Below are positions 50,761-60,920 of a DNA stretch of 64,000 bases, in pieces; the first letter of the stretch is position 1; each line of letters starts with the position of its first letter. Position numbers and translations under genes: made by a program. The notes under the pieces are model-generated. The model ran no database searches, was not told the origin of the DNA, and saw only the letters and a program-made list of their open reading frames with translations. Source of the stretch: Aplysia californica (Eukaryota); contig NW_004797491.1 of assembly GCF_000002075.1 (NCBI RefSeq), positions 19,613-83,612 of the forward strand, in the 5' to 3' direction.

Positions 50761-53700
50761 CTCGTATAGTTTAATATATTCGCACTCTGTGAAGGCTCAA
50801 TGAGCTTGACCTCCATAAGTTATTTTCGGAGCTACACCTTAAAATTCATCATTCATTATCAACTAATTTCTTCTCCTGGGAGTGGGGTTGAATCCTCAAG
50901 TTTACTATCACCTAAAACAGATTTTCATAGGTCATATTTCCCCACTGGAGTGGCTGTGCCATCCATTAGCATGTTAGTCAGTCTATGCATAATGCTATAG
51001 CCCACTGAGAAGGAAAAAACCATCCTTGAGAGTTCACATACATCACATTCTTGACAAACGGATTTTCTCAAAATTCATCGACATAAGGGGACTTTTTAAT
51101 ACGGCATAAATAACAACAGCACTGTATTTGCCAAATATATAAATATATACCAGTCCAGTGGGTAAGCGAGTAATGAGTTTAGACTCAAGAGTTAAAGTCA
51201 AACAAGTGTTGGTGACACAGGGATCAGACGGGTGGTCACTGAGGTGTGTCCTTGAGCAAGACATGACAACCCTTGCTAAAAACACTGGGCGCTGCAGAGT
51301 GGCGACCAGCAAAGGTAATGTTGTGAAATTGTTGGAGTTATATTGTGAATTTATGTAGGTATCTGTGTATGTATTTATGTATGTATGTATGCATTTATGA
51401 GTGTTTATGTATGTTTGCCATTGTGAACCAAATTGCCCTTCTGGGATCAATAAAAAAAATGTATAAAATTATAGTAATAATACCTGCTCTGTGAAAAGCT
51501 TGCTGAAGAATGATCATGAGCTGTTCCAGGAACTGGTGGTGTGAGGCGGTCACAAAGTAGCCAATGAAATTTTTGCTCTTGGTGATCAGTTCCAGACCTA
51601 AGGGTCCTTTCATGGGCCATTTCTGGAGCTCGTCTGCAGCTGTAGCCATCACATCATCCAGCACATTCACGAGGCTGTCGGGCATCTGAATGAAAAACAG
51701 CTTTAGTTTCAGGGCACTTGAAACACAATTAGGTCTGGATCCATAACAACAACGAAACACAATTACGTCATATATAAGTGCTGAAGATTAAGTATCTGAA
51801 CAAAAAAGGTTTAGTTTTAGGAAGTTTTAGTAAGAGTTTTAGGGTTATTGAAACACAAATAGGTCATATATAAGTGCCAAAGATTAGAGGTGTTACAAGA
51901 GAGTAACAAACACAAAAAAAAGGAAAAGAGATAAGGATGATTTTTTATAGGAAAGAAAGAGCAAACCACACCAGAGCACCCACAAACCACCCACTTGCTT
52001 TTGTTTCAGATTCTTCATATAATATGGAGTAATTTATGAAATCATATAAGCTGCAATCAAAATAATGAATACTTTTAAATCTTAAACATTGACAATGATG
52101 AGGTACGCTATGTTGTTGTTATCAATCCACAATTATATGTTTTAAAATGTCTGCAACAAGGAAAGCCCTTTTTCTTTTCCAGCCAAGCATCTGACATCTC
52201 TACAAGGCACAGAACAGCATTGCTTAATCACACTATCAGGTGCAGCATTTGCTTCATTTAATCCAACAGGAATTTAGCTTGAGCTTCTCAAGTTTTGGTT
52301 TCAATTAATAACAAGTGTGTCACAACTCAGGGGAATCAGGCGTCCGTCAATTTTTGGGGATGTAGAGTTATTGGTATCAAGCTTGTTCATTTGTCTGTTT
52401 TTCGAAGACAAAAATGTTATCTGTATTAAAAGTTGAAACATCTGCAATTGAAGAAGGTGGAGTTTGTCAGGCGTTAGAGGTAAAGTTAGCTTGAAAATTG
52501 TGGCCAAAGTCTGGTGACTTAAAAAGCTGCAGTGTTCTTGGAAACTACACATTTGCATTTTTTGTGCCTATATCAACATTTTTCAGTAATTCCCACCTAG
52601 AAAAGTGTTTATAAATGGTTGTAAAAGGTGTTGATCCAAAAAAAGAAAATTCGAAAAAAAATTTCCAAACTGTCAGAAAAATGCTGCTTTCATTGGTTTC
52701 ATTATTTTGATGAGCTTCTGATTTCACCATGATGCCTCACAAATGTTCTGAGAACATACTGAGAGAAAAACCTGTACAGGGATCTCTGTCTGGGAAATAT
52801 ACATATGTGATGCCCGGGGACAAAATGAGTTTAATCTCGGATTTTAGCCTCATGGACACAGATATATACGTCAAATTATAGGTTTAGTTTGTTCAGTTTG
52901 TTATATGAAATGATAAAAGACATATTTAACTTCCATAAAAAATCGCATCACTTTAAAATCTACAAATTTGTTGCGTCTATTTTCGGCCCACATCTCCATT
53001 CGCAGATTGTGGGAGGTAACTCATTTTGTCAGCATGCCTCACATATCGACGGTGAAAGAAGCAAACCGTGTAAGTCTAAAAATAGTAACAAGTTTTTTTT
53101 GCTGTATCTAGCATCACATGCACAGCAGGCATGTTCTGTTTTGATTTATAATCCCAAAAACCAATAGAAACGCGTGTAATAGTCAGGTGAGTAACCCGTG
53201 TATCCTTATTGGATCTCAATGTTGACTTTGCATACCGTGTAAGTCTGCAGCACAAGACATGGCCGTCCATGCTGGTAAGCTTTAGTTCATTTCAAGTGTT
53301 TTCATCTCTTAAGGTGAGTTACTTCTTTTAATATGTATTGTAATGCCCACACATGACTTGGAAATACTATTTAATGTAAATGATATTAATGTTTGGTTTA
53401 ACATTAGATTAATTAGCTAAAACAATAAAATCCAAACGCAACAGCGACATACACACATTGCGCCATTGTTTACTGTACTGAAAAGAAAGCCAATGTGTCT
53501 TCTATCAGACAAATACGCTTTGTGCAGGAGTTACACAACACTGGCCGTTATACATTAGGCTGCACTTCGGTTTCAACAGCTGGACTAACACCCTTTGCAA
53601 GACGTAATACTAAATTCTGTAGTATGATAAGTATTGAGTAAGTTCATTTGCCAGTATTTATTCATTACTATTATATACATCGTTATCCTGATGAGTATTA

Positions 53701-56700
53701 TTATCAATATTGCTGTTTTTAAAAAATTGACAACTAACAATTTTGTTTGTTTGAAAAATTTAGAGTGTTATTTAGTTTAGTTTTACCTATTTTCTTTATT
53801 AATCCACAGCACTGTGACAGTATCCTTCAACATTACAAGGACGGCTGGGTCTAAATTGTCAGAAACATTCTCAGCCTATCATTACTCTAGGAAGTAAGTG
53901 GAAAATGTTTCTATTTCTCAGTCTCTCTCTCTCTCTCTCTGTTTTTTCTCTCTCTCTGTTTTTTCTCTCTCTCTGTTTTTTCTCTGTCTCTCATCTCTGT
54001 CTGTCTCTCTCCCCCCCCCTCTCTCTCCTCTGTCTGTCTCCCCCCCCCCCCCCCTCTCTCTCTCTCTCTTACAATAAGTCATTAAAATTTATTCAAAGTA
54101 GCCTCACCATTTGACAGACAGATATGAGGTGCATCTGGCAAGGGCATATCAAGACGTGTGTTTCTTTTGTCGAAAGCGTGATCTGGGTGACCTTCGATTT
54201 TTTAAAACCAACTCATCTTTCATTCCCGTGGTAACTTTACAAATCTCTTCCAACCGCATTTTTTTTTCAACAAAGTCTTCAGTTTCAACTGCTCGGCGTT
54301 CGGGAATGTATGCAATACTTCAATTGATCTGCATTGGTTTAGCGACTATTATGTAATCGTCACCTCGCAATTAGGCTCCATGAAGATCTATATCGATATT
54401 CTCCGTTTATCTTCGAGATTGACTCTTTTTATTTTTCGTCAGGCATGCTCAATATGTTGGTGTATCATTCTTTCCAGATAGGTTGTATAAATGATTGATT
54501 GCTTTAGTTTTAGTAGATGTTTTACGGCACTTGCAACTGCACAAGGTCATATGAGCGCCAGAAGATTAGAGGTGTTACAAGAGAGTAACAAACATAAAAA
54601 AGAAGAAGGGGAGATAAGGAGGATAGATGTTTCATAGGAAAGAAGAAGCAAACAACACCACAGCAACCGTCAACCACCCACGATTGATTGCTTCAAAGTG
54701 CTGGATCTTATAAAACGAGATAATGGTTGGATCTAGATCTAGACAGCGGACGGCAAGACGCGAACAGTAAACAACAAACGTTGCTAAGAGACAGAGTAGC
54801 TTTTCCTGACTCTATATAACAGTTACGTCACAGGTTTGTTGTTTTCGTATTGTTGAATTTGAACTGTCCTATGCTGCATTTGAACTCTCTGTTTTGATAT
54901 TTGATCGGGAAAAGGTATAAAGTAAAGATAACACTCAAGTACATTCAAGGTGTAACCAAGCTTATGATGCCTTACAGCACAATGACACTGTACTTCATTG
55001 GCTGACAGCAACACAGAACACATTCAACAAGCCTTGCAACATGCCTTTTGAAATGGACATAGACAAGTTCAGTAAAGCCTGTGTATTCACCTATAACTCA
55101 GTCGAATAAAGGAACTGGAGTAATTTCATTAAGGGAAACAACATAATGACATAATGGTTTGAGTAAACTTTGTCTTCTACTACAGTCACCATTTAAATTT
55201 TGATTGTAGCATCTATTGATATATAAATGAGAAGCTCATGATTGTCACATGTTTTATTGCAGACTACAACAATGAACGTGTACAGTCGAGGAATAAAAAT
55301 GCTGCTGCTATCAGAAAGGAAGAGAAATCCTTCGATCCCCGACCCACAGAAACTGACCTTATGCCAAGACCCACAGGCATAAACCCCCTATCCACAGAGA
55401 GTGGACACCCAGGACTCACAGAAAGACAACGTTGATAATAAAATTAAAACCTCTGCTAGTATGTACAATAAAGGATTGAATGAGGAAGAATGCAATGCAA
55501 TTTTAGATTCAAGCTTTGATCTTTCAATGTCAGATATTTCATTTTCAGACATTCTCGCAACTGTCGATTCATGCAATTGTGTTGCAGAGGATGATGTGTC
55601 AAACCCTACAACTGTTCACATTGCTGAAAATTGGCGCAATGACAATACAGTACAGATAAGGTATCATCAACAAGGCATCAGCAGAAACATCAGACCAAGG
55701 GAGCTTGGGGGGTCAAGGTAAGCACCGAATTGTTGCCCCCTTCATCAATTTTTTTTACCAAACTTCGTGCAATGCAAACAACAACGCTTCCGTTGAAGAC
55801 ACATATCATACTGTTACAGGAGATTGTAATGTGAATGAGCAGGATTTGGATACAATGAGCAACGAACGTATTACAGTACAAATCGACATTGATAGTACAC
55901 ACAAGGGGAGAGTTTTACTGATTCGCCAGTTCCTTACTCATGCCGTACTCACACGATGCCAATGTGCACAGGTTCACTGACCGGTCACGATGACGGGCCC
56001 GACAATCTAGAAATCAGAGTACGCTTGTTTTCTTTTTCTTTTGTCATTATAGTGACATCAGTGTGAATATCGATTTAATTTGTACGGCGACACTGTTTTT
56101 TATGCACAAACTGCACGTTAAAAATTTTTATATACTGTAAATCTAACGTTAACAAACTATCATCGGACAATTCTGAGCGGTAACGAAAGCGAAAGTAGAT
56201 TTTAATTTTCCCGATGGAGTCTCTCAGTATTACACTTACACTTCCGCCTGCCGCCATAGCCGCTTATTCGCGTGAAACGTACTCTCGAACTGGGGAAAGC
56301 CAAACCTAATATCACAAACGCAACCGAAAAAATATGAACTCAGTAGCCTTTTCAGATTTGGTTTCGAGGACTTTGTGCATTTTCCAGCCCCAGCCGTTTT
56401 TTTTTTTTTTTTCAGATACCCGCAGTCCCCCTGCGTAGAATCCTCATTTGGTACTGAGTAATTCTCTAGACCAAGATATATTTTAGAATGTTTTGCTCTG
56501 ATATCGATTTCTTTGTACATTCACAATTCTGTTTTCCAGATAAATGAATTAAATGCACAGATTTTCTAGCCGCAGCAAAAACCCGAAGATAAACAGAAAG
56601 AAAGAATGAATGAAAGGAAGAAGGAAAATTATCTATCGTAAGTAGACAGATTTTAACCTATATGCACGTGAAAAACTATTTTCCACCTAACGGCATAGAT

Positions 56701-57352
56701 ACACAATGGTTGAGTGTACAAAATGCACAATCTGGCAGTTTCTAACACAACTTATTGCAGAGAGTTCTGTAAATATCTGACAAGTTACGGAGGAAAGTAC
56801 TCTCTCTCTCTCTCTCTAACGCATGGAGGTGAAAATATGATGTGGCAAGTACGGAACTTTCGGAATCAACGGATTTCCGGAAAAAAAAAGAAGAATGGAA
56901 GCACTGCAGAAAGGGTTTTTTTTTCTTCTTTTGGCACCCATCACAAATCTGGTGGTTTTGACATCTTATCGGTATGGCAGTAGAACAGGCCCAAAATCGG
57001 TATCTACCGGAAAAATCGGTAGATTTAGGCAGCCCTGATACTCCCAAGTCTTCAGCGTATGTAGACGCGAAAAAGGTCCGGTCTCCAGTGAGTAGTGAGT
57101 TAATAATTAGCATAAAACAATAACAACAACAATAATAACCCCCCACCCCTTTGCACTTCATTCACCTTGAAAAAGGAGCTGAAAGTGATGTGTGGCTGGT
57201 ACAGGTGGGCAGAGTTCCAGCCACACACCTGGAGGGTGGTCTCCCAGAACCTTCTCAGTGCTTCCCGCAGCGCCTTGACAGGACACAGGTACAGGATGTA
57301 CTCTCGGGCATCGCAGCTGTCCAGCGCGGGGTCGTTCACATGTGCCAGCAGC
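33566..57352 (-). CDS. UBASH3: Ubiquitin-associated and SH3 domain-containing protein (UBASH3/Sts; ecdysteroid-phosphate phosphatase-like), 9 exons, 5'-partial
   Basis: Phase-consistent exons give WLLAHVNDP..REYILYLCP, 2H motifs PHITF and LHMTL, an SH3 domain (DELLL..DGWFKG..GFFPGNF) and histidine-phosphatase motifs RHAER, SPALRC, EPTLFEW and VGHSG. Stop TGA at 33566-33568. Confidence 0.93.
33873..34289. mobile_element. MITE family F copy
   Basis: Colinear similarity to 31375-31801. Confidence 0.7.
34510..34670 (-). repeat. Dispersed ~150-bp repeat family C; other copies at 14190-14336, 16250-16382, 27872-27998, 47815-47945, 51850-51993 and 54505-54681
   Basis: Shared + strand sequence gaagattagaggtgttacaagagagtaacaaac...gagcaaaccacaccag..accaccca. 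Confidence 0.85.
34965..35207 (-). CDS. UBASH3: UBASH3 exon (INIEPTLFEWLGW...ESTEDYYMRS)
   Basis: EP.LFEW and E...YY.RS motifs; phase 1-1. Confidence 0.92.
36954..40644 (-). mobile_element. Apparently full-length single-ORF L2-clade LINE
   Basis: Intact ORF; 3' end tgtaaagcgcattgagc...tgcgctctataaatgtt followed by (TAT)n; candidate 5-bp TSD ttgaa at 36949-36953 and 40645-40649. Confidence 0.9.
37213..40479 (-). CDS. LINE APE endonuclease-reverse transcriptase (1088 aa)
   Basis: APE motifs TETWL, YRPP, GDFN, SDH; RT motifs LDLSAAFDT, GVPQGSVLGP, YADD; L2-type C-terminal RLDYCNSLL and LHWLPV. Confidence 0.97.
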   Translation of the reverse strand: MELVILTLALLNYFGHVYSFVVNSRSYHHVRVFPVLHPCALNQTGKTTKYTKDQLLNVNNPSLSVPSNVLTSLAQLGVRNSCVCQSKVVKSDKRGTRGGTRKQRKIMVCQGIPRDTVSKNRTTTTVNKKNLIQIDTRNVFQHNCPNLRIGCINTQSCCNKTNIVRDVIEEMNIDLLCITETWLRTEGDESIIADLLPPGFELKSFSRGSRGGGIAFIHRRGLPVKFICGGPSYRTFQSATAFIRSEQLIFRVTCIYRPPPNKKNKFTSKEFFIEFQDLLFQLEQAASPFYIIGDFNFHFDVPSVPDTKRLVSILDDHNLQQLIKEPTHRSGHIVDLLITNTADQHVLKHQVLDKAISDHSLLIANINISKPKHVRRSILSRNTRTIDTQALRDDVSKTLTSLSSLDADTFHDTLKAAIDQHAPMVKRNISSRPFSPWFSLEIKEAKKHRRQAERRWRKSKLQVHRDIFINHRDKVNSIIENNKKRYYLHELQDVKSPKQLVQTTNAILGKETISPLPSATSDDELCSLFVTFFNDKINTIRSSLDLEPNGNLEFSEFTGQILDSFSPVTSSDILNCINGSTIKTCDLDPMPAHVFKTCIDIVLPHITQIVNMSLATGTVPNTFKQAIVKPLLKKPGLDKNEFKNYRPVSNLQFVSKILEKIVLSQVLSHMRKNGLEEIYQSAYKTHHSTETALLKVTSDLLDSIDSKNICLLTLLDLSAAFDTIDHAILLTRLERSFGLSGTVLSWFKSYLLERVQSVQIKNSFSKQVRLDYGVPQGSVLGPVLFTLYTQPLASILQNHGLNYHFYADDSQMYVNGTIQDLPNMISITKQCFYEIKKWMTVNKLKLNEEKTDIILIKNPRLNKDLESVNFDLYGHMTSSKEVVRNLGVYIDHHLSMGSFVGSLSKSLYFQLRRIGLVRKYLSEETTKTLVTSLILSRLDYCNSLLAGLNNKYLNRLQVIQNNAARLITRSKKRDHVTPLLKELHWLPVKERIIFKICVMCFKCVNKTAPFYLQELISIYKPGRNLRSSNDNTLLVTPVKSYKSYGERSFSYLGPFMWNRLPMKLRQIRTLDSFKRHLKHFLFLQAYPS
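40977..41069 (-). CDS. UBASH3: UBASH3 exon (EAIRDSG...YCSPALRCVETA)
   Basis: SP.LRC..TA motif; phase 1-1. Confidence 0.92.
41151..43667 (-). mobile_element. Decayed Sola1-type DNA transposon
   Basis: ~30-bp TIRs cgctagcc..gtgattcaaccgcctaagtg; subterminal gattcaacYgcc repeats; frameshifted transposase motifs RKDQCDVC, HEGEG..ANEFSSC, YSDGC and TQMEVDSTHSVIE. Confidence 0.8.
44455..44574 (-). CDS. UBASH3: UBASH3 exon (KYCRFNINCP...KDCPLTEIG..QARIT)
   Basis: D.PLT..G..QA motif; phase 1-1. Confidence 0.92.
47979..48232 (-). CDS. UBASH3: UBASH3 exon: linker and start of histidine phosphatase (RHAERCD)
   Basis: RKLFVIRHAERCDF motif; phase 2-1. Confidence 0.92.
48704..49186 (+). mobile_element. 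SINE family B copy
   Basis: Colinear similarity. Confidence 0.8.
49256..49464 (-). CDS. UBASH3: UBASH3 exon: SH3 domain
   Basis: YSPLQADELLL..DGWFKGTS..GFFPGNF..WTLH; phase 0-2. Confidence 0.93.
49759..50012. mobile_element. MITE family E copy
   Basis: Same TIRs and internal sequence. Confidence 0.65.
50467..50636 (-). CDS. UBASH3: UBASH3 exon (KQLHMTLAFQY...WELRMYSRE)
   Basis: Second HxT motif, phase 1-0. Confidence 0.92.
51484..51685 (-). CDS. UBASH3: UBASH3 exon (MPDSLVNVL...NFIGYFV...)
   Basis: Splice sites present, phase 0-1. Confidence 0.85.
52316..52740. mobile_element. MITE family F copy
   Basis: Colinear similarity to 31375-31801. Confidence 0.7.
52807..53042. mobile_element. 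Short MITE with ATAT TSD (Sola1-like)
   Basis: atat-gtgatgccc..gacaaaatgagtt / aactcattttgtc..gcctcac-atat. Confidence 0.6.
57166..57352 (-). CDS. UBASH3: UBASH3 exon: end of UBA and start of 2H phosphoesterase domain
   Basis: LLAHVNDPALD..REYILYLCP..CGWNSAH..PHITF; phase 2-0. Confidence 0.92.
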
Positions 57353-57358
57353 CTGTGA

Positions 57359-57730
57359 CAATGCAAGATTCTGACAGATAAGAGGAGACACATCAAATTC
57401 ACATGCAGCAATACAAGAGACTGACAGATAATAGATAAGAGGAGACACGTCAAATTCATATACAGCAATGCAAGATAAGGACAGAAAAGAGGAGATACGT
57501 CAAATTCACATATGGCAACGCAAGATGAGGACAGAAAAGAGGAGATACGTCAAATTCACATATGACAATGCAAGATGAGGACAGACAAGAGGAGACACGT
57601 CAAATTTGTATTTGAAAATGCAAGATATGGACAGATAAGAGGAGATTGGTCAAATTCACATGCAACAAAGCAAAGTAAGGAAAGATAAGAGGAGACACGT
57701 CAAATTCTTCACATACTACAATGCAAGATA
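57359..57730. repeat. Minisatellite, ~50-bp unit, ~7 copies
   Basis: Units of caatgcaagat..gacagataagaggagacacgtcaaattcacat. Confidence 0.9.
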
Positions 57731-59522
57731 GATGAAGGCAATGCTTTTCTTCATTTTCCTGATCAGGTACAAGGCAAGCCAAGACGCAGCAAGGAAGAAA
57801 TTTAAAGATATGGCAAGGTAACAGAATAGTATGAAACTAGTCCAGACAAAACATTGACACAAAAGGGACTTCTGCATATGATGTGAGAATGACCAACAGA
57901 CATATGACACAGGAATGTAACACTAAATGAGAGGAAACGAGACGCCCAAAGCAATGATATGAAAGGCAAAGATAATATAACACTAAGTACTCACTGCTGA
58001 TGAAAATCAAAAAGGTCATTTATGCACATTCGACTGAATTCAACTAAATTTGACTGTGACCTTTAAAATCAAAAGCATAAATTTTGTTTTAGAAGGTTCC
58101 GAGTCGAATTGTTCAAATTGTGACCCAAAAAGTTGGGCCTTTCAAAATCATAATGCATGATACTTTTAGAATAGTGAAAACTGGCAAAAAAGTATTTGGT
58201 GTCATTTGCACTCAGTACTCATAGTCAACAACGAGCTATAGCACTGCCATACACTGACAAAACATCTTTTTAACATTCACAGCTGTTTCGAGTTAAAAAG
58301 GTAAAGGAGCATTGTCAGCATAACCATTTAAAAAAAAGCATTCTTCCGAAATTTCAATTTTGATTTATTCAAAAACTAGATCTAGTCACAGTTTGACTTA
58401 AATTTTTTCACACAAGTAGGGTAACTGATCAGGCCATCCATTTAGCAATTTGACGGCAAAAATGAAAAAAGGCTTAGGGCAGAATACAAAATCAGAATTT
58501 TGTGGCCTACCATTCTGATGCTCTTTGGACCCCCTTATTGCCGGTAGCTGCAATAGCTTTTTCCCTGTGGGAGCACACAAACACGACATATAATTCTCAT
58601 TCTGTACAAAATTTTATAAAAAATCATATGAAAAAATTATGAAAACTTTGTTAAAACTTATAACTTACCTGACTAAACAGCAGAAACAACAAAACTTGGC
58701 GCCACTAACTTTGAGTAGCATTGTCTGCTTAAGTAACCTATATGCTGGCCATGATTATTAACCAAACTGTAACCTGGATCACAATATCATTCCTTTGATG
58801 TTGAGATATAAAATCATTTTCATCTGTGAAAAGTAGAAACAGACATATAAATAAAACAATCTTCAGCTTATTGCTACTGCACAAAAGAGTCAATTCATGA
58901 ACACCATCAAACTTAATTGCTAAAACCATAATTTGAATATTGTGGAAAAGAGAAACAAAGGTGGTCTACTGTTCATCTTTTCATAAGTGACGTTTGATTG
59001 ATCGCAGTCTACTTGTGCTGTGTTGAGATAGGACAAAAGACAGAGATAAAAACCCAAACCCTATCACATCCCTACCCCTACCTGCACCTATAGTTATAGA
59101 CTAGTAGACAGTCTAATGAAACCATTAGACTGTCAAGCTGAACAAAAGCAGTGCAATAGAAAACATCAAGGGGATTGGCACTGAAATAACTTTATTTAAA
59201 AAGAAGGTAGTAAATCAATGTTGAAACAATGTTCATCTATAATGCAAAATAATCTAATTTCAGGACTTTTTATTATAATGACATCCTCAGGAAAAAAAAA
59301 AGAAAGAAAAACTTAATTTGTTTGGAAGAGATAAAGTTTTCTTTCTTTTTTTAGTAGATAACCAAAATACCACAAAAGTCATACAAAATAAAGACCTGTA
59401 ACATTTGGTTGCACTGCAATTAAAAAACATAGGCTTTTGAAAATACTCAGGCAAAAAAATTTCAAAAGGTCTCCAAAATGTGACTTCTTCTGGTGTCTTC
59501 ATTAACACTGCTCTGAATGTTA

Positions 59523-59702
59523 AAGAGTATTACAGTCTGTTCTGTGCCATCTATAAACAAGAGTATTACAGTCTGTTCTGTGCCATCTATAAACAAGAGT
59601 ATTACAGTCTGTTCTGTGCCATCTATAAACAAGAGTATTACAGTCTGTTCTGTGCCATCTATAAACAAGAGTATTACAGTCTGTTCTGTGCCATCTATAA
59701 AC
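59523..59702. repeat. Perfect 36-bp tandem repeat, 5 copies
   Basis: aagagtattacagtctgttctgtgccatctataaac head-to-tail, no spacers. Confidence 0.95.
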
Positions 59703-60024
59703 AATCTCACTATTCCCACTGCATAACAGTACAACATCTCCTTCTTAAGCAGAACTTGACTATCTCAGAACAGCAACTCTCTAAACCAGGATGTATAAAT
59801 TTATTCAGACAGGCAGATGTGCAGGATTGAGTCACGTTGAAAAGAAGGGTTGGCCAGGTTTTAAAAAAAGGAATCGAAAGTTGTGTCTCATTTCTAATAT
59901 ATATGGCCTCCCAAAGATTCAATCCACAATAGATGTATAATTTGTTATTGTTTCAATGAACAGTTGCATTGGTTACTGTTTGTTCGGTAAGTGTTTTACG
60001 GCCCTTGCAACTGCATTACAATTA

Positions 60025-60356
60025 TAATAAGAATAGTAATAATAAAAAATAGCATTTGTATAGCGCATAACCCCGTTCAGCAGCAAACTCTATACACTAT
60101 ACACTATATTATAAACCCAGCAGACCATAGAACACACAAAAACATTCTCAGCTTCCTGGGAAACATACAGTGCAAGCAGCTGATTAAGAGCTCAAAGACT
60201 AATAAACCGACAAGACCTTTCACTGTGGGTGAAGTGAGGAATACTTTACTCGTGTAAAGTGCCTTTCCCAAGGACACAATGTCAGGTCCCTGGCAGGATT
60301 CGAACCCACGACCTTACGGTTGCAAATCTGAGAGCCTAACCACTAGGCCACCGACG
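60025..60356 (-). mobile_element. SINE family A copy
   Basis: Match to 18747-19097 with a small internal deletion. Confidence 0.85.
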
Positions 60357-60384
60357 TCATATATATAATATTGATGAGGGTGTT

Positions 60385-60920
60385 TGTTTCTGTAAAGTGT
60401 TTTACAGCGCTCACAACTGCATAAGGTCATATGAGCGCGCAGGACACATCGAATATTTTCAGTTGGTAGGAAATTTGGAATTTTGTCCGGGTGGCGGCTG
60501 AAGCCTACTCTTATCGATTCTAGACCACCAAGGGATCTTTAATGGGCACAACTTGCACACGGGCCCTCCGAGATTTTTCGCCCTTGTCCGAGAAGGCTAG
60601 GTGTAGATCTTTCCTACCAGAAGGTCAAAGGTGTGGCAGAAAGACAGCAGTAAGGAAAAGCAAAGGAGTAGAAGTAGAAAGGCTGCAGAAAGAGTCAGGA
60701 GCCCAGAGGGGGGGGGGGGGGGGGGGGGGGGCAAAGGAGGTGAGGGGCTGGGGGCAGAAAGTGGAAATGAAAGCAGACAACAGAACATTGCTAGAGAGCA
60801 GGAAAGGAGGTGAAAGGAGACAATTTTAGAGAAGAAAATTTTTCGGTCGCTACTCGGATTCAAACCCGGGACCTTTGAATGAGAGGCCAACACCTTAACC
60901 TCTAGGCCACGAGAGCCCCC
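60385..60920 (-). mobile_element. SINE family B (tRNA-Glu-like head, pyrimidine-rich body, Deu/Nin-like domain), full length
   Basis: Head tggcctagaggttaagg..ctctcatt..gggttYgaatcc; ttaaagatccc domain; tail atatgaccttatgcagttg..gcgcYgtaaaacact. Confidence 0.85.

Noticed and set aside
56900-57037. hAT-like terminus (reverse of cagggctgcc)
   Set aside because: No matching second end or TSD was found, so no element was called.
59523-59702. 36-bp repeats resembling a CRISPR array (also the 37-bp repeats at 30974-31084)
   Set aside because: The units are head-to-tail with no spacers, there are no cas genes, and the context is eukaryotic.
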